Shown here: positions 1-10,655 of the stretch, piece after piece | Numbering within the stretch: the stretch's first letter is position 1 | How the letters are laid out: each line of letters opens with the position of its first letter | Source of the DNA: Salinivirgaceae bacterium | GTDB lineage: Bacteria > Bacteroidota > Bacteroidia > Bacteroidales > SZUA-534 | Assembly: GCA_024405635.1 (NCBI GenBank) | Contig: JAKSOL010000005.1 | Location: 68,938 to 132,937 of the forward strand | Direction: 5' to 3' | DNA: 64,000 nucleotides | Made by a program: the position numbers and the translations under genes | Notes under the pieces: generated by a model | Told to the model about the DNA's origin: nothing | Databases searched by the model: none | The model's input: the letters and a program-made list of their open reading frames with translations, nothing else

Positions 1-632
1 GTAATAACCCGCAAAACTTGTTCATAGTATTCATTGTTGCCCAAGGCCTTAACATAAGCATCGAGGAATGGCACGTAGCTGTTTGTTGCAAATTCTTTTG
101 AGAATTTGTAAATGTTTACTGTTTTGTAATAATGGTCGGTATCTTCGTACTTAAATGCTTGTTTAGGCACAAAGTTCACAATGTTGTGGTCTTGATCGAT
201 GCACACCATTGTTCCATCCATCCAAGTTTCGTATTTGGCAACCAGTGCAAGATTTGGGAATGAATCGTCGAGTATTAGCCTAAACATTTTGCTATCAACT
301 ATCAAGTCTGATTCAAGAAGAATGGTATCGTCTTCCATCATTTTTTCCTTTACCAGCCCCAATGAGTATATGTTATTGGTTTTGTCGTAAATAGGGTTGT
401 TAGCCCACTCAATTTTTAATTTATCATCAAAGCGATGGCCAACATAATCTATCACGTTTTGGCCTTTGTACCCAACCACTATAATCACTCTGCTTAAATT
501 TAATTCGGCAAGTTGATTAAGCATACGGTCAATCAAGCGTACTCCGTTAACTGGAAGCATGCATTTGGTGTTGTCTTTGGTATATTCGCCTAGTCGGCGT
601 CCCATACCTGCAGCTAATATTATTGCTTGCAT
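1..632 (-). CDS. Nucleotidyltransferase (LicC/phosphocholine cytidylyltransferase-like), N-terminal part; gene runs off the left edge
   Basis: Not in the ORF track. Manual translation from ATG at 632 gives MQAIILAAGMGRRLGEYTKDNTKCMLPVNG...NNIYSL...LLESD, the NTP-transferase GxGxRL motif. The frame stays open to the window edge. Confidence 0.85.
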   Translation of the reverse strand, partial: MQAIILAAGMGRRLGEYTKDNTKCMLPVNGVRLIDRMLNQLAELNLSRVIIVVGYKGQNVIDYVGHRFDDKLKIEWANNPIYDKTNNIYSLGLVKEKMMEDDTILLESDLIVDSKMFRLILDDSFPNLALVAKYETWMDGTMVCIDQDHNIVNFVPKQAFKYEDTDHYYKTVNIYKFSKEFATNSYVPFLDAYVKALGNNEYYEQVLRVI

Positions 633-830
633 ATATTATATTATTAATCTCAAGAATGAATGTATCAAAAACTTCAAGCCACCAAATTACTGCATTTTAT
701 TTTTATGCTTTACAAATCCACTAACTAAAGTATCTTGCTGTATTTGTTTTCCATTGTCAACAATTATAATCTACATTGAGGTTATTAAATAGCAATGGTT
801 GTGCGTTTTAAAACATATAAAACAAACAAA

Positions 831-865
831 AAACCACCGGCTCAGCACTAGCAAGGCGGTGGTTT
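831..865 (-). terminator. Intrinsic terminator of carAB
   Basis: AAACCACCG...CGGTGGTTT stem with a T-tract on the minus strand, just after the carB stop. Confidence 0.7.
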
Positions 866-889
866 GTTATTTCAATATGGAGTTAAATT

Positions 890-3800
890 CTAGTACTCGT
901 CCCAGCTACTAATGGCAATTTCGTCCATTGGTACGCTGCAGAATGCAGTTATAAAAGCACTTGCCAATCGTGCATTGGTTATTAGCGGAATGTTGAAATC
1001 GACTGCGGCACGGCGAATTTTGTATCCGTTGTCAAGTTCGCGTTTGGTTAGGTTCTTTGGAATGTTTATAACCAAATCCAATTTCTTATCGTGCAAGTAA
1101 TCCATAATGTTTGGCTCTTTTGCCTCGTCGGGCCAATGGAGTTGAATGGTTTCTACTCCGTTTGCGTTTAAGAAATCGAATGTGCCGCCAGTTGTGTAAA
1201 CTGTATAACCTTTTTTAAGTAATTTTTTGGTTGCCTCTAGTAACTCAACTTTTGATCGAGCTGGACCTGACGATATAAGAACATTTTGCTTTGGAATTCG
1301 ATTTCCTACCGATAGCATACTTTTTAGTATTGCCTCGTAATAGTTCTCGCCCAAGCAACCAACCTCGCCAGTTGAACTCATGTCAACACCAAGAACAGGG
1401 TCGGCTTTAAGCAAACGTGCAAATGAGAATTGAGAGGCTTTAACTCCCACATAATCAAGGTCGAAAATATCTTTATGCAAAGGCTCAACATGCTCGCCCA
1501 ACATGATGCGCGTTGCCATTTCAATAAGGTTGTATTTCAACACTTTTGACACAAATGGGAACGAACGCGATGCTCGCAAATTACATTCAATTACACGCAC
1601 TGCATTGTCTTTTGCAAGGAACTGAATGTTAAATGGTCCCGAAATACAAAGTTCTTTGGCTATTGTGCGAGCAATTTTTTTGATGCGGCGAATGGTTTCT
1701 ACATACAATTTTTGTGCAGGGAATACTACCGTAGCATCACCTGAGTGAACTCCTGCATACTCCACGTGTTCGCTTATTGCATAGGCTTTCAATTCTCCGT
1801 TTTGCGCTACGGCATCTATCTCAATCTCCTTTGTTTGTTGCATAAACTCAGTTACTACAACTGGGTGATCTTTTGACACTTCGGCCGCCAATTCAAGGAA
1901 ATGGCCAAGTTCTTCTTTGTTCGACACCACATTCATTGCGGCACCCGATAGCACATACGATGGACGAATAAGCACAGGGAAACCAACCTCCTCAACAAAC
2001 GAGTAAATGTCATCCAAACTGGTAAGCTCTTTCCAACGAGGCTGGTCAATACCTTGCTCGTCGCACATTGTTGAGAATTTTTGGCGGTCTTCAGCGCGGT
2101 CAATTTGACTTGCTGATGTACCCAAAATTGGCACATGTTGTTTATGCAAGCGCAATGCAAGGTTGTTTGGAATTTGACCGCCTGCTGATACAATAACACC
2201 TTTGGGCAATTCAAATTCAACAATATCAAGCACACGTTCAAAACTCAACTCATCAAAGTAAAGTCTATCGCAAGTGTCATAGTCAGTTGATACTGTTTCG
2301 GGGTTATAGTTTATCATAACCGAGCGGTAGCCACATTTTTTAATTGTGTTGATAGCGCTAACACAGCACCAGTCAAACTCAACACTTGAACCAATGCGAT
2401 AAGCTCCCGAGCCCAACACAATTACTGAGCGTCCATCGTCTTCAAAATTGATGTCGTTTTCGGTGGCATTGTATGTAACATACAAATAGTTGGTTTTTGC
2501 AGGATACTCACCAGCCAATGTGTCGATTTGCTTAACAACTGGCAAAATACCATGACGTTTACGGAACGAACGAACGGCAAGCAACTTTTCGTCGGCCGAC
2601 ATTTTTTTGTCCTTTATTGTATAGCGACCAATTTGGAAATCGGAAAAGCCCATTTGCTTTGCCTTGCGGAACATTGAAGGAGTAACACCTTCAACCGTTG
2701 TGTAACGGTCAAGAGCATCCTTCATGTCGTGAATATTTTTCAATCGACTCAAAAACCATTTGTCAATCTTGGTCATGTCGTGAATTTTATCCACTGTATA
2801 GCCCTTATCAAAAGCTGCTGCAATGGCAAAAATACGTTTATCGGTTGGGTTTAGCAGTTCTCCGTCAATATCTTTAACCTCTTTTAAGTTACCAACAAAG
2901 CCGTGCATTCCTTGACCAATCATGCGCAAACCTTTTTGAATAACCTCCTCAAAGGTGCGGCCAATGGCCATAATCTCTCCCACCGACTTCATCGACGAGC
3001 CAATTACTTTTGACACTCCATCGAATTTGTTCAAGTCCCAACGTGGGATTTTACAAACTATATAGTCCAAAGCTGGCTCAAAGCAAGCCGAAGTAACTTT
3101 GGTAACCGAGTTCTTTATTTCGTGTAAGCCATAGCCCAAACCAAGTTTAGCAGCCACAAAAGCTAGAGGATAACCAGTAGCCTTTGATGCCAATGCCGAC
3201 GAACGGCTCAAACGTGCGTTAACCTCAATAACTCTGTAGTCTTCCGAATTTGGATCTAATGCATATTGAACGTTGCACTCGCCCACAATGCCTACGTGAC
3301 GAATAATATCGATGGCTATTTTACGAAGTTTGTGATACTCACTATTGCTCAATGTTTGACTTGGAGCCACAACAATCGACTCGCCAGTGTGAATGCCAAG
3401 AGGGTCAAAGTTCTCCATGTTACAAACTGTGATGCAGTTATCGTATTTATCACGAACAACCTCATATTCAACCTCTTTCCAACCCTTTAGCGATTCTTCG
3501 ACCAAAATTTGTGGCGAATAAGCAAATGCACTTGATGCCAATTTTTCAAGTTCCTCTTGGTTTGAGCAAAAGCCCGAACCTAAACCTCCCAAGGTGTAGG
3601 CGGCACGAATAATAAGAGGGAAACCGAGTTCAGCAGCAGCGGCATGAGCCTCTTGCATGTTGTTTGCGGCAATGCTACGTGGAGTTTTAACATTAATCTC
3701 ATGCAACTGATTGGCAAATAGTTCGCGGTCTTCGGTGTTTATAATAGCCTGAACTGGAGTACCGAGCACTTGCACATCGTATTTTTCAAGCACACCGCTT

Positions 3801-4102
3801 TTATACAAAGCAACACCGCAGTTCAATGCAGTTTGTCCACCAAACGATAGCAAAATACCATCGGGGCGCTCTTTTTCAATAACCTTTTCAACAAACTCTG
3901 GAGTTACAGGCAAAAAGTAAATTTTGTCGGCAACGCCCTCCGATGTTTGCACAGTAGCAATGTTAGGGTTGATAAGTACGCTGTATTTGCCCTCCTCGCG
4001 AATGGCCTTCAACGCTTGTGAACCAGAATAATCGAACTCGCCAGCCTCACCAATTTTAAGTGCGCCCGAGCCCAATAGTAATATCTTGTTTATCTCTTTC
4101 AT
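890..4102 (-). CDS. carB: Carbamoyl-phosphate synthase large subunit
   Basis: GSGALKIGEAGEFDYSG start, duplicated ATP-grasp halves, C-terminal MGS-like domain; 1070 aa. Confidence 0.98.
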   Translation of the reverse strand: MKEINKILLLGSGALKIGEAGEFDYSGSQALKAIREEGKYSVLINPNIATVQTSEGVADKIYFLPVTPEFVEKVIEKERPDGILLSFGGQTALNCGVALYKSGVLEKYDVQVLGTPVQAIINTEDRELFANQLHEINVKTPRSIAANNMQEAHAAAAELGFPLIIRAAYTLGGLGSGFCSNQEELEKLASSAFAYSPQILVEESLKGWKEVEYEVVRDKYDNCITVCNMENFDPLGIHTGESIVVAPSQTLSNSEYHKLRKIAIDIIRHVGIVGECNVQYALDPNSEDYRVIEVNARLSRSSALASKATGYPLAFVAAKLGLGYGLHEIKNSVTKVTSACFEPALDYIVCKIPRWDLNKFDGVSKVIGSSMKSVGEIMAIGRTFEEVIQKGLRMIGQGMHGFVGNLKEVKDIDGELLNPTDKRIFAIAAAFDKGYTVDKIHDMTKIDKWFLSRLKNIHDMKDALDRYTTVEGVTPSMFRKAKQMGFSDFQIGRYTIKDKKMSADEKLLAVRSFRKRHGILPVVKQIDTLAGEYPAKTNYLYVTYNATENDINFEDDGRSVIVLGSGAYRIGSSVEFDWCCVSAINTIKKCGYRSVMINYNPETVSTDYDTCDRLYFDELSFERVLDIVEFELPKGVIVSAGGQIPNNLALRLHKQHVPILGTSASQIDRAEDRQKFSTMCDEQGIDQPRWKELTSLDDIYSFVEEVGFPVLIRPSYVLSGAAMNVVSNKEELGHFLELAAEVSKDHPVVVTEFMQQTKEIEIDAVAQNGELKAYAISEHVEYAGVHSGDATVVFPAQKLYVETIRRIKKIARTIAKELCISGPFNIQFLAKDNAVRVIECNLRASRSFPFVSKVLKYNLIEMATRIMLGEHVEPLHKDIFDLDYVGVKASQFSFARLLKADPVLGVDMSSTGEVGCLGENYYEAILKSMLSVGNRIPKQNVLISSGPARSKVELLEATKKLLKKGYTVYTTGGTFDFLNANGVETIQLHWPDEAKEPNIMDYLHDKKLDLVINIPKNLTKRELDNGYKIRRAAVDFNIPLITNARLASAFITAFCSVPMDEIAISSWDEY

Positions 4103-4126
4103 CTTTTTGATTTTCTGTTTGATGCG

Positions 4127-5206
4127 TTATTTACTCTTTGCCATATTCTCTACAAACAAATCGAACAACCATTCGGTATCAACTGGGCCGCTGCATGCCT
4201 CTGGATGGAACTGAGCCGAGAAAAATGGTTTGCTCTTATGACGAATGCCCTCGTTTGTACCATCGTTCACATTCACAAAGAATGGTTCCCAATCGGTTGG
4301 CAAAGTTTTGTCATCGATAGCAAAACCATGGTTTTGTGATGTAATGTAGCATCGATTTGAACCTGGTGTAATTACAGGTTGATTGTGCGAGCGGTGTCCA
4401 AATTTCAATTTATAAGTTTCAGCACCAGCTGCACGGGCCATCAATTGGTTGCCCAAACAGATACCCATAATAGGTTTGTTTCCTGCAAGTATCTTTTTAA
4501 TATTTTGCACTGTAACGTCGCACACGGCAGGGTCGCCAGGACCGTTTGAAAGGAAAAAGCCATCGCACTCCTCGTTAGCAAAATCGTAGTTCCAAGGCAC
4601 ACGCACCACTGTAACATCGCGGCGCAACAAGCAACGAATAATATTGTATTTAACTCCGCAATCGACCAACACAACTTTGTACTTGCCGTTGCCATAAGTT
4701 TTGACTTCGGAAGTAGAAACCTGAGCTACAAGGTTGTCTTTGTTTGGATCGTAAAAATCAACCTCTTCGTTTGCAAATTCTATTTTGCCGAGCATTGATC
4801 CACAATCGCGCAGTTTTTTTGTCAAAGCACGGGTATCAATACCAAAAAGCCCCGGCACCTGTTGTTCTTTTAACCAATCGCCGAGACTTTTTTCTGAATT
4901 CCAATGGCTTGGATCAAATGAATAATCCGAAATAACCAAGCCTGAACAGTGAATTTTATCCGACTCAAAAAAGGCAGGCAACCCGTCTTCTTCTTTTTGG
5001 CGAGGAACACCATAATTACCAATCATTGGGTAGGTTGGTACCAAAATCTGGCCTTTATACGATGGGTCAGTCAAACTTTCGGGATAACCCATCATGGCTG
5101 TATAAAAAACAACTTCCCCCGAAATAGATTTCTCATATCCGAAAGAAGTTCCTTCAAAAACAGTTCCGTCTTGCAGAACCAGACGTGCTTTCTTAACGCT
5201 TTGCAT
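4127..5206 (-). CDS. carA: Carbamoyl-phosphate synthase small (glutaminase) subunit
   Basis: LSNGPGDP, GICLG, SQNHGF and QFHPE motifs; adjacent to carB. Confidence 0.98.
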   Translation of the reverse strand: MQSVKKARLVLQDGTVFEGTSFGYEKSISGEVVFYTAMMGYPESLTDPSYKGQILVPTYPMIGNYGVPRQKEEDGLPAFFESDKIHCSGLVISDYSFDPSHWNSEKSLGDWLKEQQVPGLFGIDTRALTKKLRDCGSMLGKIEFANEEVDFYDPNKDNLVAQVSTSEVKTYGNGKYKVVLVDCGVKYNIIRCLLRRDVTVVRVPWNYDFANEECDGFFLSNGPGDPAVCDVTVQNIKKILAGNKPIMGICLGNQLMARAAGAETYKLKFGHRSHNQPVITPGSNRCYITSQNHGFAIDDKTLPTDWEPFFVNVNDGTNEGIRHKSKPFFSAQFHPEACSGPVDTEWLFDLFVENMAKSK

Positions 5207-5229
5207 AATTATCTAACATATAAACTGCG

Positions 5230-5237
5230 CAAAATTA
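5230..5237 (-). promoter_or_regulatory. Bacteroidetes -7 promoter element (TAATTTTG) for carAB
   Basis: Matches TAnnTTTG about 24 nt upstream of the carA ATG. Confidence 0.55.
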
Positions 5238-5389
5238 TAGGAGCAAGATGTTTGTTGCAAGCACTATTTTCGCATTTAGTAAAATACGTATCGCAGTTAA
5301 AACCGACAACTTTATTGATTAAACATTGAGCCAAAAACTCACTTTTTACTGCGCAATGCAGAAAAACATTTCCACTTACCAACTACAAA

Positions 5390-5422
5390 AAAAGCAGCCT
5401 GAAAAAAAATCAAGCTGCTTTT
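5390..5422 (-). terminator. Terminator after rpmH
   Basis: AAAAGCAGC...GCTGCTTTT inverted repeat with a T-tract on the minus strand. Confidence 0.7.
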
Positions 5423-5444
5423 CTGTATCATCAATTTGATAAGA

Positions 5445-5603
5445 TTATGCTTTGTGAAGCTTTTCGTCAGAAACAGTAAGTTTCTTTCTGCCTTTTGCAC
5501 GACGAGCTGCTAATACGCGGCGACCATTTTTGGTAGCCATTCTCTCACGGAAACCATGTTTGTTTCTACGTTTTCTTTGCGATGGTTGAAATGTTCTTTT
5601 CAT
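5445..5603 (-). CDS. rpmH: 50S ribosomal protein L34
   Basis: Below the ORF-track size cutoff. Translates to [60 protein letters not shown] promoter element at 5642-5649 (-). Confidence 0.98.
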   Translation of the reverse strand: MKRTFQPSQRKRRNKHGFRERMATKNGRRVLAARRAKGRKKLTVSDEKLHKA

Positions 5604-5769
5604 CTTTTTATGTTTATGTTATTATTTTCCAAATCGGTGTGCAAAAGTATCTTTTTTTTTATTCAAAGCAAATGCTTTTTCTAAATAAAGATGTGTTTTT
5701 CTTTTCATTAGCCTGTCTATTGTTTATTACTGAATACCAATTATTTATTAAAGTCATTCAGTCAATAAC

Positions 5770-7206
5770 CTACTTTTTGCGATTAAACTCATCTTCAAGA
5801 ACCTTGCGCAGTGTATCTACATCGATTCGTTTGGCAAGTATTTTTTTGTGGCGATCGAGCAAGTAAATTGATGGGGTTGAACTAATGTCGTAATAGTGAC
5901 GGAAATACGACTGGTTGTACGGATCCCACACATTTATCCAATTTTCGAGGCCTTGGGCTTCAATAAATTTGGTCCACTCTTCTTTATTTGTCTGAGTGTA
6001 AACTGCAAACACCTCAACTCCTTTGCTCCAATACTCGTCGGCCAACTCTTTCATTTTTGGGGTGGCTTTTTTACAATGTCCGCAGCTAGGTTCAAAAAAG
6101 AACATAATGGTGTATTCAGCATTAACCGACGACAAGGTTCGCTGCTCGTCGTCAACGGTATAAAGTTTTAATTCAACTGCCTGATTACCAACCGAATTGT
6201 AACGCAATTCCTCTACTCGTTTGCGCAGTTTTTCAAGCCATTCTGGGTCGGCCCAAGGTGTGCGACCATTAAGATAGTAGTAGTCGCCAAAAAACACCAC
6301 CACTTTGTCCATTCCCATAATGTTGCTACTGTTGTATTTGTTAAAAATGGTTTGAAGCAAATACTTAAACATTTCGGTATCGGTAATGCCATCTAAAAGA
6401 GCCCTACTCTCTTTAATAATAGTGTCGGGGGCTGGCAGAATCATTTTTTCGAAGTAGTAGTTCACCTTTTGATGCAAAAAATTGGTACGAATAAGTCGAG
6501 CATCGTTAAGGTCGATGTTATCGAAATAATGCGCTTTATAATATTTGTATTGAAAAGCCGAATCGAGCACATTTCCGTTTTCATCGCGTGGAAAATCTGG
6601 GATATCAATCTCACGGTTGATGCGCAACAGTGCAGCTAAAATTGATTTTGGATGCAAGTTGTCAACCTCAGCCCATCGAGTTTGTACTTGCTGATAAAGC
6701 AGGTTAAGGCTGTCTTTTGCGCGTTGTCTTTCGGCTGCATTGGTTGAATTGCGTGCGCGTTGGTTAAGTGGGATTGCTATTTCGTTTTGTCGCTGCATAA
6801 ATTGCTGATAGTCGGCATAATATTCCAACTCTGGAGCATTGGTAATGCGCAAATAGCGAGTAAGGTCGGCTGCACTACCTGTAAATTTGGTTGTTAGCGA
6901 AAAAACTTGCTCTTGGTCAATTGGCAATTCAAAGATGCTATTGCCTGGTACTAACACAAAATACATACCTCCATTAAGAGGTTCTTTTCCAGCAAACTCA
7001 CCACGACCTTTTTTGTCGAGTTTTATTGTGTCTTTAACATACTGTTTGTCGCCATAATAGTAACCAAGATAGATATTACTATCGGCTAAATTATCAATCT
7101 GCACTTTAATGCTATAATGAGTTGGCTCGGCTGTTTTTTGTGCCGATGCACTTGCGAATGCAAAAACCGATACTGCCGCAACTATAGATTTTAACAAAAC
7201 ATTCAT
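5770..7206 (-). CDS. Exported thioredoxin-like/redoxin protein (DUF5106-like middle region, C-terminal TlpA domain)
   Basis: Signal peptide ending ASA-Q from ATG 7206; C-terminal PSCGHC CxxC motif and YDISSTPSIYLLD. Confidence 0.8.
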   Translation of the reverse strand: MNVLLKSIVAAVSVFAFASASAQKTAEPTHYSIKVQIDNLADSNIYLGYYYGDKQYVKDTIKLDKKGRGEFAGKEPLNGGMYFVLVPGNSIFELPIDQEQVFSLTTKFTGSAADLTRYLRITNAPELEYYADYQQFMQRQNEIAIPLNQRARNSTNAAERQRAKDSLNLLYQQVQTRWAEVDNLHPKSILAALLRINREIDIPDFPRDENGNVLDSAFQYKYYKAHYFDNIDLNDARLIRTNFLHQKVNYYFEKMILPAPDTIIKESRALLDGITDTEMFKYLLQTIFNKYNSSNIMGMDKVVVFFGDYYYLNGRTPWADPEWLEKLRKRVEELRYNSVGNQAVELKLYTVDDEQRTLSSVNAEYTIMFFFEPSCGHCKKATPKMKELADEYWSKGVEVFAVYTQTNKEEWTKFIEAQGLENWINVWDPYNQSYFRHYYDISSTPSIYLLDRHKKILAKRIDVDTLRKVLEDEFNRKK

Positions 7207-7347
7207 TGCTACTATTGTATATTTATGAATAACGTCACAAAACAAATAAAATTATACGAGTTGGCTATTGGCAAAGTCTGAAAGTTGAACTTATAATAGT
7301 TATTATTTATAGTAGCACCTATAAAATCCCCTTTATCTTTGCACACA

Positions 7348-8697
7348 ATGAGAACGGTAAATCAATTGTCGGACATTTTAATAATTCCACTACTATTGTT
7401 GGTGGTGTTTGCCGTTGCACAAATAATAAAAAACCGTCGCATTGACGAGCAACCTCACTACAAGTATTTTACAGCAGGCCTGATGCTAAAAATTATGGCA
7501 GGTCTATTGTTTGCCGCTATTTATACTTTTCACTATGGCGAAACCGACACTCACTATTATTATTGGGGAACAAAATGTTTGTCGCGCTTATTCAGCAAAG
7601 ACTTTAATGGTTTTGTTCGCATTTTGTTAGGTGACCATACTCCCGAGGCTGCTTCGCTTTTTGATAGTACAACAGGATGGCCAACCTATTGGCGCGATGT
7701 AAACTCTTTTGCCGTTTGCCGTTTCAACATATTATTCTACTGGCTTGGCTTTGGTTCGTTTTGGGGCAACACCATTGTAATGAATGTGTTTCTTTTTACT
7801 GGAATATGGAGGTTTTACAATGTTGTGCGAACCATTTTTCCGGGCAACGACCGTAACTTGGCCATTGCAACTTTGTTTATTCCATCGGTAACCTTTTGGG
7901 GTTCGGGATTGCTGAAAGATGGTTGGTGCTTGGTTGCCACACTATTTATCTTCTGCGCCATTTACAACTTATTTATTGTTCGCCGATTTAGTTTAATTCA
8001 CATTGCATCGCTCATTATGTGGGCATACATTAGCATAAGCATACGACCATACTCGTTTTTTACAGCCGTGGGAGCCTCGCTCATTTGGATATGTGCACAA
8101 CAAATACGCAACATAAATAATGCTATTCTGCGCACAATTGGGTTCCCTATTATTGTAGCAATGTTTGCATTATCGGGCGTGTGGGCATTTTCGCAATTTG
8201 GCAGCATGTCGGGTAATAGCCGATACGAGAGCATTGATGCCATTATTGAAACCGCCATCGTGGTGCAAAACGACTTAAAACAAGAGTACTATGGTGGCAA
8301 TAGTTTTGATATTGGCGAAATAACCCCAAGTCTTTTTGGAATAATAAGCAAAGCGCCCAAAGCCATTATGGCAGGTTTTTTTAGACCATACATTTGGGAC
8401 GTGCGCAACGCTTTTATGCTTTTGTCGGGAATTGAAAGCCTTTTGCTTATGATTATTACCATACAAATTATTTCACGTTTAGGCATAAAGCAAATATTCT
8501 CAACCATTTGGCGCACACCATTCCTTATCACAAGCATATCGTTTGCGTTGGTTTACGCATTTTTTGTGGGGCTAACCACAGCAAACTTTGGTGCATTGGT
8601 TCGATACCGAATGCCCGTGCTTATGTTTTTTGCCATTGTGTTAGCAGTACTTTGGCAACAATCGAATAACGAACAAGAAACAACACAACAAGAATAA
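7348..8697 (+). CDS. Multi-pass membrane protein, possibly GT-C glycosyltransferase or polysaccharide polymerase-like
   Basis: About 10-11 hydrophobic segments, a DTxxY loop motif, LLKDG and a large soluble loop. TATCTTTG promoter element at 7334-7341 supports the ATG 7348 start. Confidence 0.55.
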   Translation: MRTVNQLSDILIIPLLLLVVFAVAQIIKNRRIDEQPHYKYFTAGLMLKIMAGLLFAAIYTFHYGETDTHYYYWGTKCLSRLFSKDFNGFVRILLGDHTPEAASLFDSTTGWPTYWRDVNSFAVCRFNILFYWLGFGSFWGNTIVMNVFLFTGIWRFYNVVRTIFPGNDRNLAIATLFIPSVTFWGSGLLKDGWCLVATLFIFCAIYNLFIVRRFSLIHIASLIMWAYISISIRPYSFFTAVGASLIWICAQQIRNINNAILRTIGFPIIVAMFALSGVWAFSQFGSMSGNSRYESIDAIIETAIVVQNDLKQEYYGGNSFDIGEITPSLFGIISKAPKAIMAGFFRPYIWDVRNAFMLLSGIESLLLMIITIQIISRLGIKQIFSTIWRTPFLITSISFALVYAFFVGLTTANFGALVRYRMPVLMFFAIVLAVLWQQSNNEQETTQQE

Positions 8698-8700
8698 ACA

Positions 8701-10578
8701 ATGTCAACAAAATCGCGATTTGCAGCACTATTTGCCACAAACTTTTGTGGTGTAATGAACGACAACTATTTGAAAATGTTGGTGGTTTTTGTAGCCACAG
8801 CGTGGGTTGCTCCTCAGTATCGCGACCTAATAATAACCCTAACTCCGGGCGCATTGGTTTTTCCTTACCTTATTTTCTCGCCTTTAGCTGGCAAACTGCC
8901 GCAAATGTGCAACAAGGTAACAGTGGTACGCTGGGCCAAAATTGCCGAAATACCAATAATGATAGTTGCCATTGTTGGTTTTTGCTTACACAACATTTGG
9001 TTAGCTCTTACTAGTGTGCTACTTATGGGTTTGCAATCGGCATTGTTTTCGCCATCAAAATATGGTTTAATAAAAGACATTGGCGGACCTGAAGGCATAT
9101 CGCACGGAATGGGCGTAATGGAGGCCATTGCCTTTATGGGCATGCTATTAGGCACTGTTCTTGCCGCAACCATGGCCGACCATGCATCGCTGTTTGTTCA
9201 ATGCACACTACTTATTGTACTTGCAGCATTTGGAATGCTTTTTTCCTTTGTACTTAAAGCCGATGAAGAAAAAGAGGCCATTGACACTCCTATTGGCATT
9301 ATTAGTTTTCTGCGGTCAACATCAAAACTGATTAGCAAATACCGCGGACTAAACGGTATTATTCATGTGCTTTCAATTTTTTGGTGGCTATCGGCAACCT
9401 TGCAAATGGTGGTGGTTATTTATTGTAGCAAACTATTGGGACTTGACTCAACTCAGCAAGGTATTTTGCTTGCCATTGTTGCTGTTGGCATTTCGGTTGG
9501 TTGCGTAATTGGCGGTCAGCTTGACAAACACCATTTTATGCTTGGGCTTGTTCCTGCATTTGGTTTTGCTGTAGGAATAATGCTGTTAGCAATATTCTTT
9601 ATCAACCTCAACACAGTATGGTTCACCATTTTAGTATTTTCAGTTGCTTTTACTTGCGGATTATTCAAAATTCCACTTGATGCCGAAATACAAAAACAAG
9701 CCGACATTAGCGAGCTGAACATTGTACTAGCCTACTTTAACCAAATTTCGTTTATATACATTTTTGCAGCATCGGCAACCACAAGCATACTAAACATGTT
9801 TTTTGATGTTACTTATGTTTTCTTGTTTGCGGCATTGGTGATGTTTGCGGCTTCGTTCTACATTTTGTTCAACTACCGACCAATGATGTGCAACTTTGCT
9901 CGCCGACTGATGCACTTGCACTACATCGTTACTATTACAGGCCGCAACAACCTTGAATGTAACAATGGCGAAAACCTGTTCATTTTGCCAGCACACCGCG
10001 CAGTAATTGACCCTATGCTGCTTTTTACCGAATTTTTCGATGTTCGTATGCAACCTATGGTTGACGAAGGTTATTTCAGCATACCACTAATTGGCCACGT
10101 GTTAGGCGAATTTGACTCAATTATGGTTCCAGACCTTATGCTGTCGCGCAACGGAGTGGAACAAGCAAAAACATTAACAAACATTGGGCGTGATGCTCTT
10201 GCCAATGGACGCAACTTGCTCATTTACCCATCGGGACATATAACTACCAATGGTAAAGAGACAATAGGTTCGCGACGTTTGGCTCACGAGCTTTGTTCAG
10301 CATTACCACAAAACACCAAAGTTGTGACAATAAAAATTGCAGGATTATGGGGCAGCGAATGGAGTCGATTTGGACTTAACCACACGCCAAGCATTGTACG
10401 ATTGCTATTCAAAAGCCTTGCGCTGATGATGTGCGGTGCAATATTCTTTATCAAAAAACGTAACGTAAGCCTAATTGTTGACGACATAACAGAGCTGGCT
10501 CGTCAATGGGCACCACTTGGCAAAATGGAGTTTAATCGCAACCTTGAAGAGTGGCTAAACAAAGGTATTGAGGAGTAA
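8701..10578 (+). CDS. LplT-like MFS transporter fused to a PlsC-type acyltransferase (Aas-like, no acyl-ACP synthetase domain)
   Basis: NDNYLK and QSALFSPSKYGLI LplT motifs; C-terminal HRAVID (HX4D) and IYPSG. Confidence 0.8.
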   Translation: MSTKSRFAALFATNFCGVMNDNYLKMLVVFVATAWVAPQYRDLIITLTPGALVFPYLIFSPLAGKLPQMCNKVTVVRWAKIAEIPIMIVAIVGFCLHNIWLALTSVLLMGLQSALFSPSKYGLIKDIGGPEGISHGMGVMEAIAFMGMLLGTVLAATMADHASLFVQCTLLIVLAAFGMLFSFVLKADEEKEAIDTPIGIISFLRSTSKLISKYRGLNGIIHVLSIFWWLSATLQMVVVIYCSKLLGLDSTQQGILLAIVAVGISVGCVIGGQLDKHHFMLGLVPAFGFAVGIMLLAIFFINLNTVWFTILVFSVAFTCGLFKIPLDAEIQKQADISELNIVLAYFNQISFIYIFAASATTSILNMFFDVTYVFLFAALVMFAASFYILFNYRPMMCNFARRLMHLHYIVTITGRNNLECNNGENLFILPAHRAVIDPMLLFTEFFDVRMQPMVDEGYFSIPLIGHVLGEFDSIMVPDLMLSRNGVEQAKTLTNIGRDALANGRNLLIYPSGHITTNGKETIGSRRLAHELCSALPQNTKVVTIKIAGLWGSEWSRFGLNHTPSIVRLLFKSLALMMCGAIFFIKKRNVSLIVDDITELARQWAPLGKMEFNRNLEEWLNKGIEE

Positions 10579-10597
10579 CAAACAACATACTATAAAC

Positions 10598-10636
10598 AAA
10601 TAGCCCCGATAAGGAGATTCTTTATCGGGGCTGTTT
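10598..10636. terminator. Terminator between convergent genes
   Basis: AGCCCCGATAA...TTATCGGGGCT stem. Confidence 0.75.
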
Positions 10637-10655
10637 ATGTTATTGATAATTGTTA

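Noticed and set aside
5207-5444. Possible PyrR-type or riboswitch leader for carAB
   Set aside because: The -7 element lies only about 24 nt from the ATG, and the only hairpin is explained as the rpmH terminator
5582-5866. 94-aa hydrophobic plus-strand ORF
   Set aside because: Low-complexity T-rich promoter region of rpmH, overlapping real genes on the other strand
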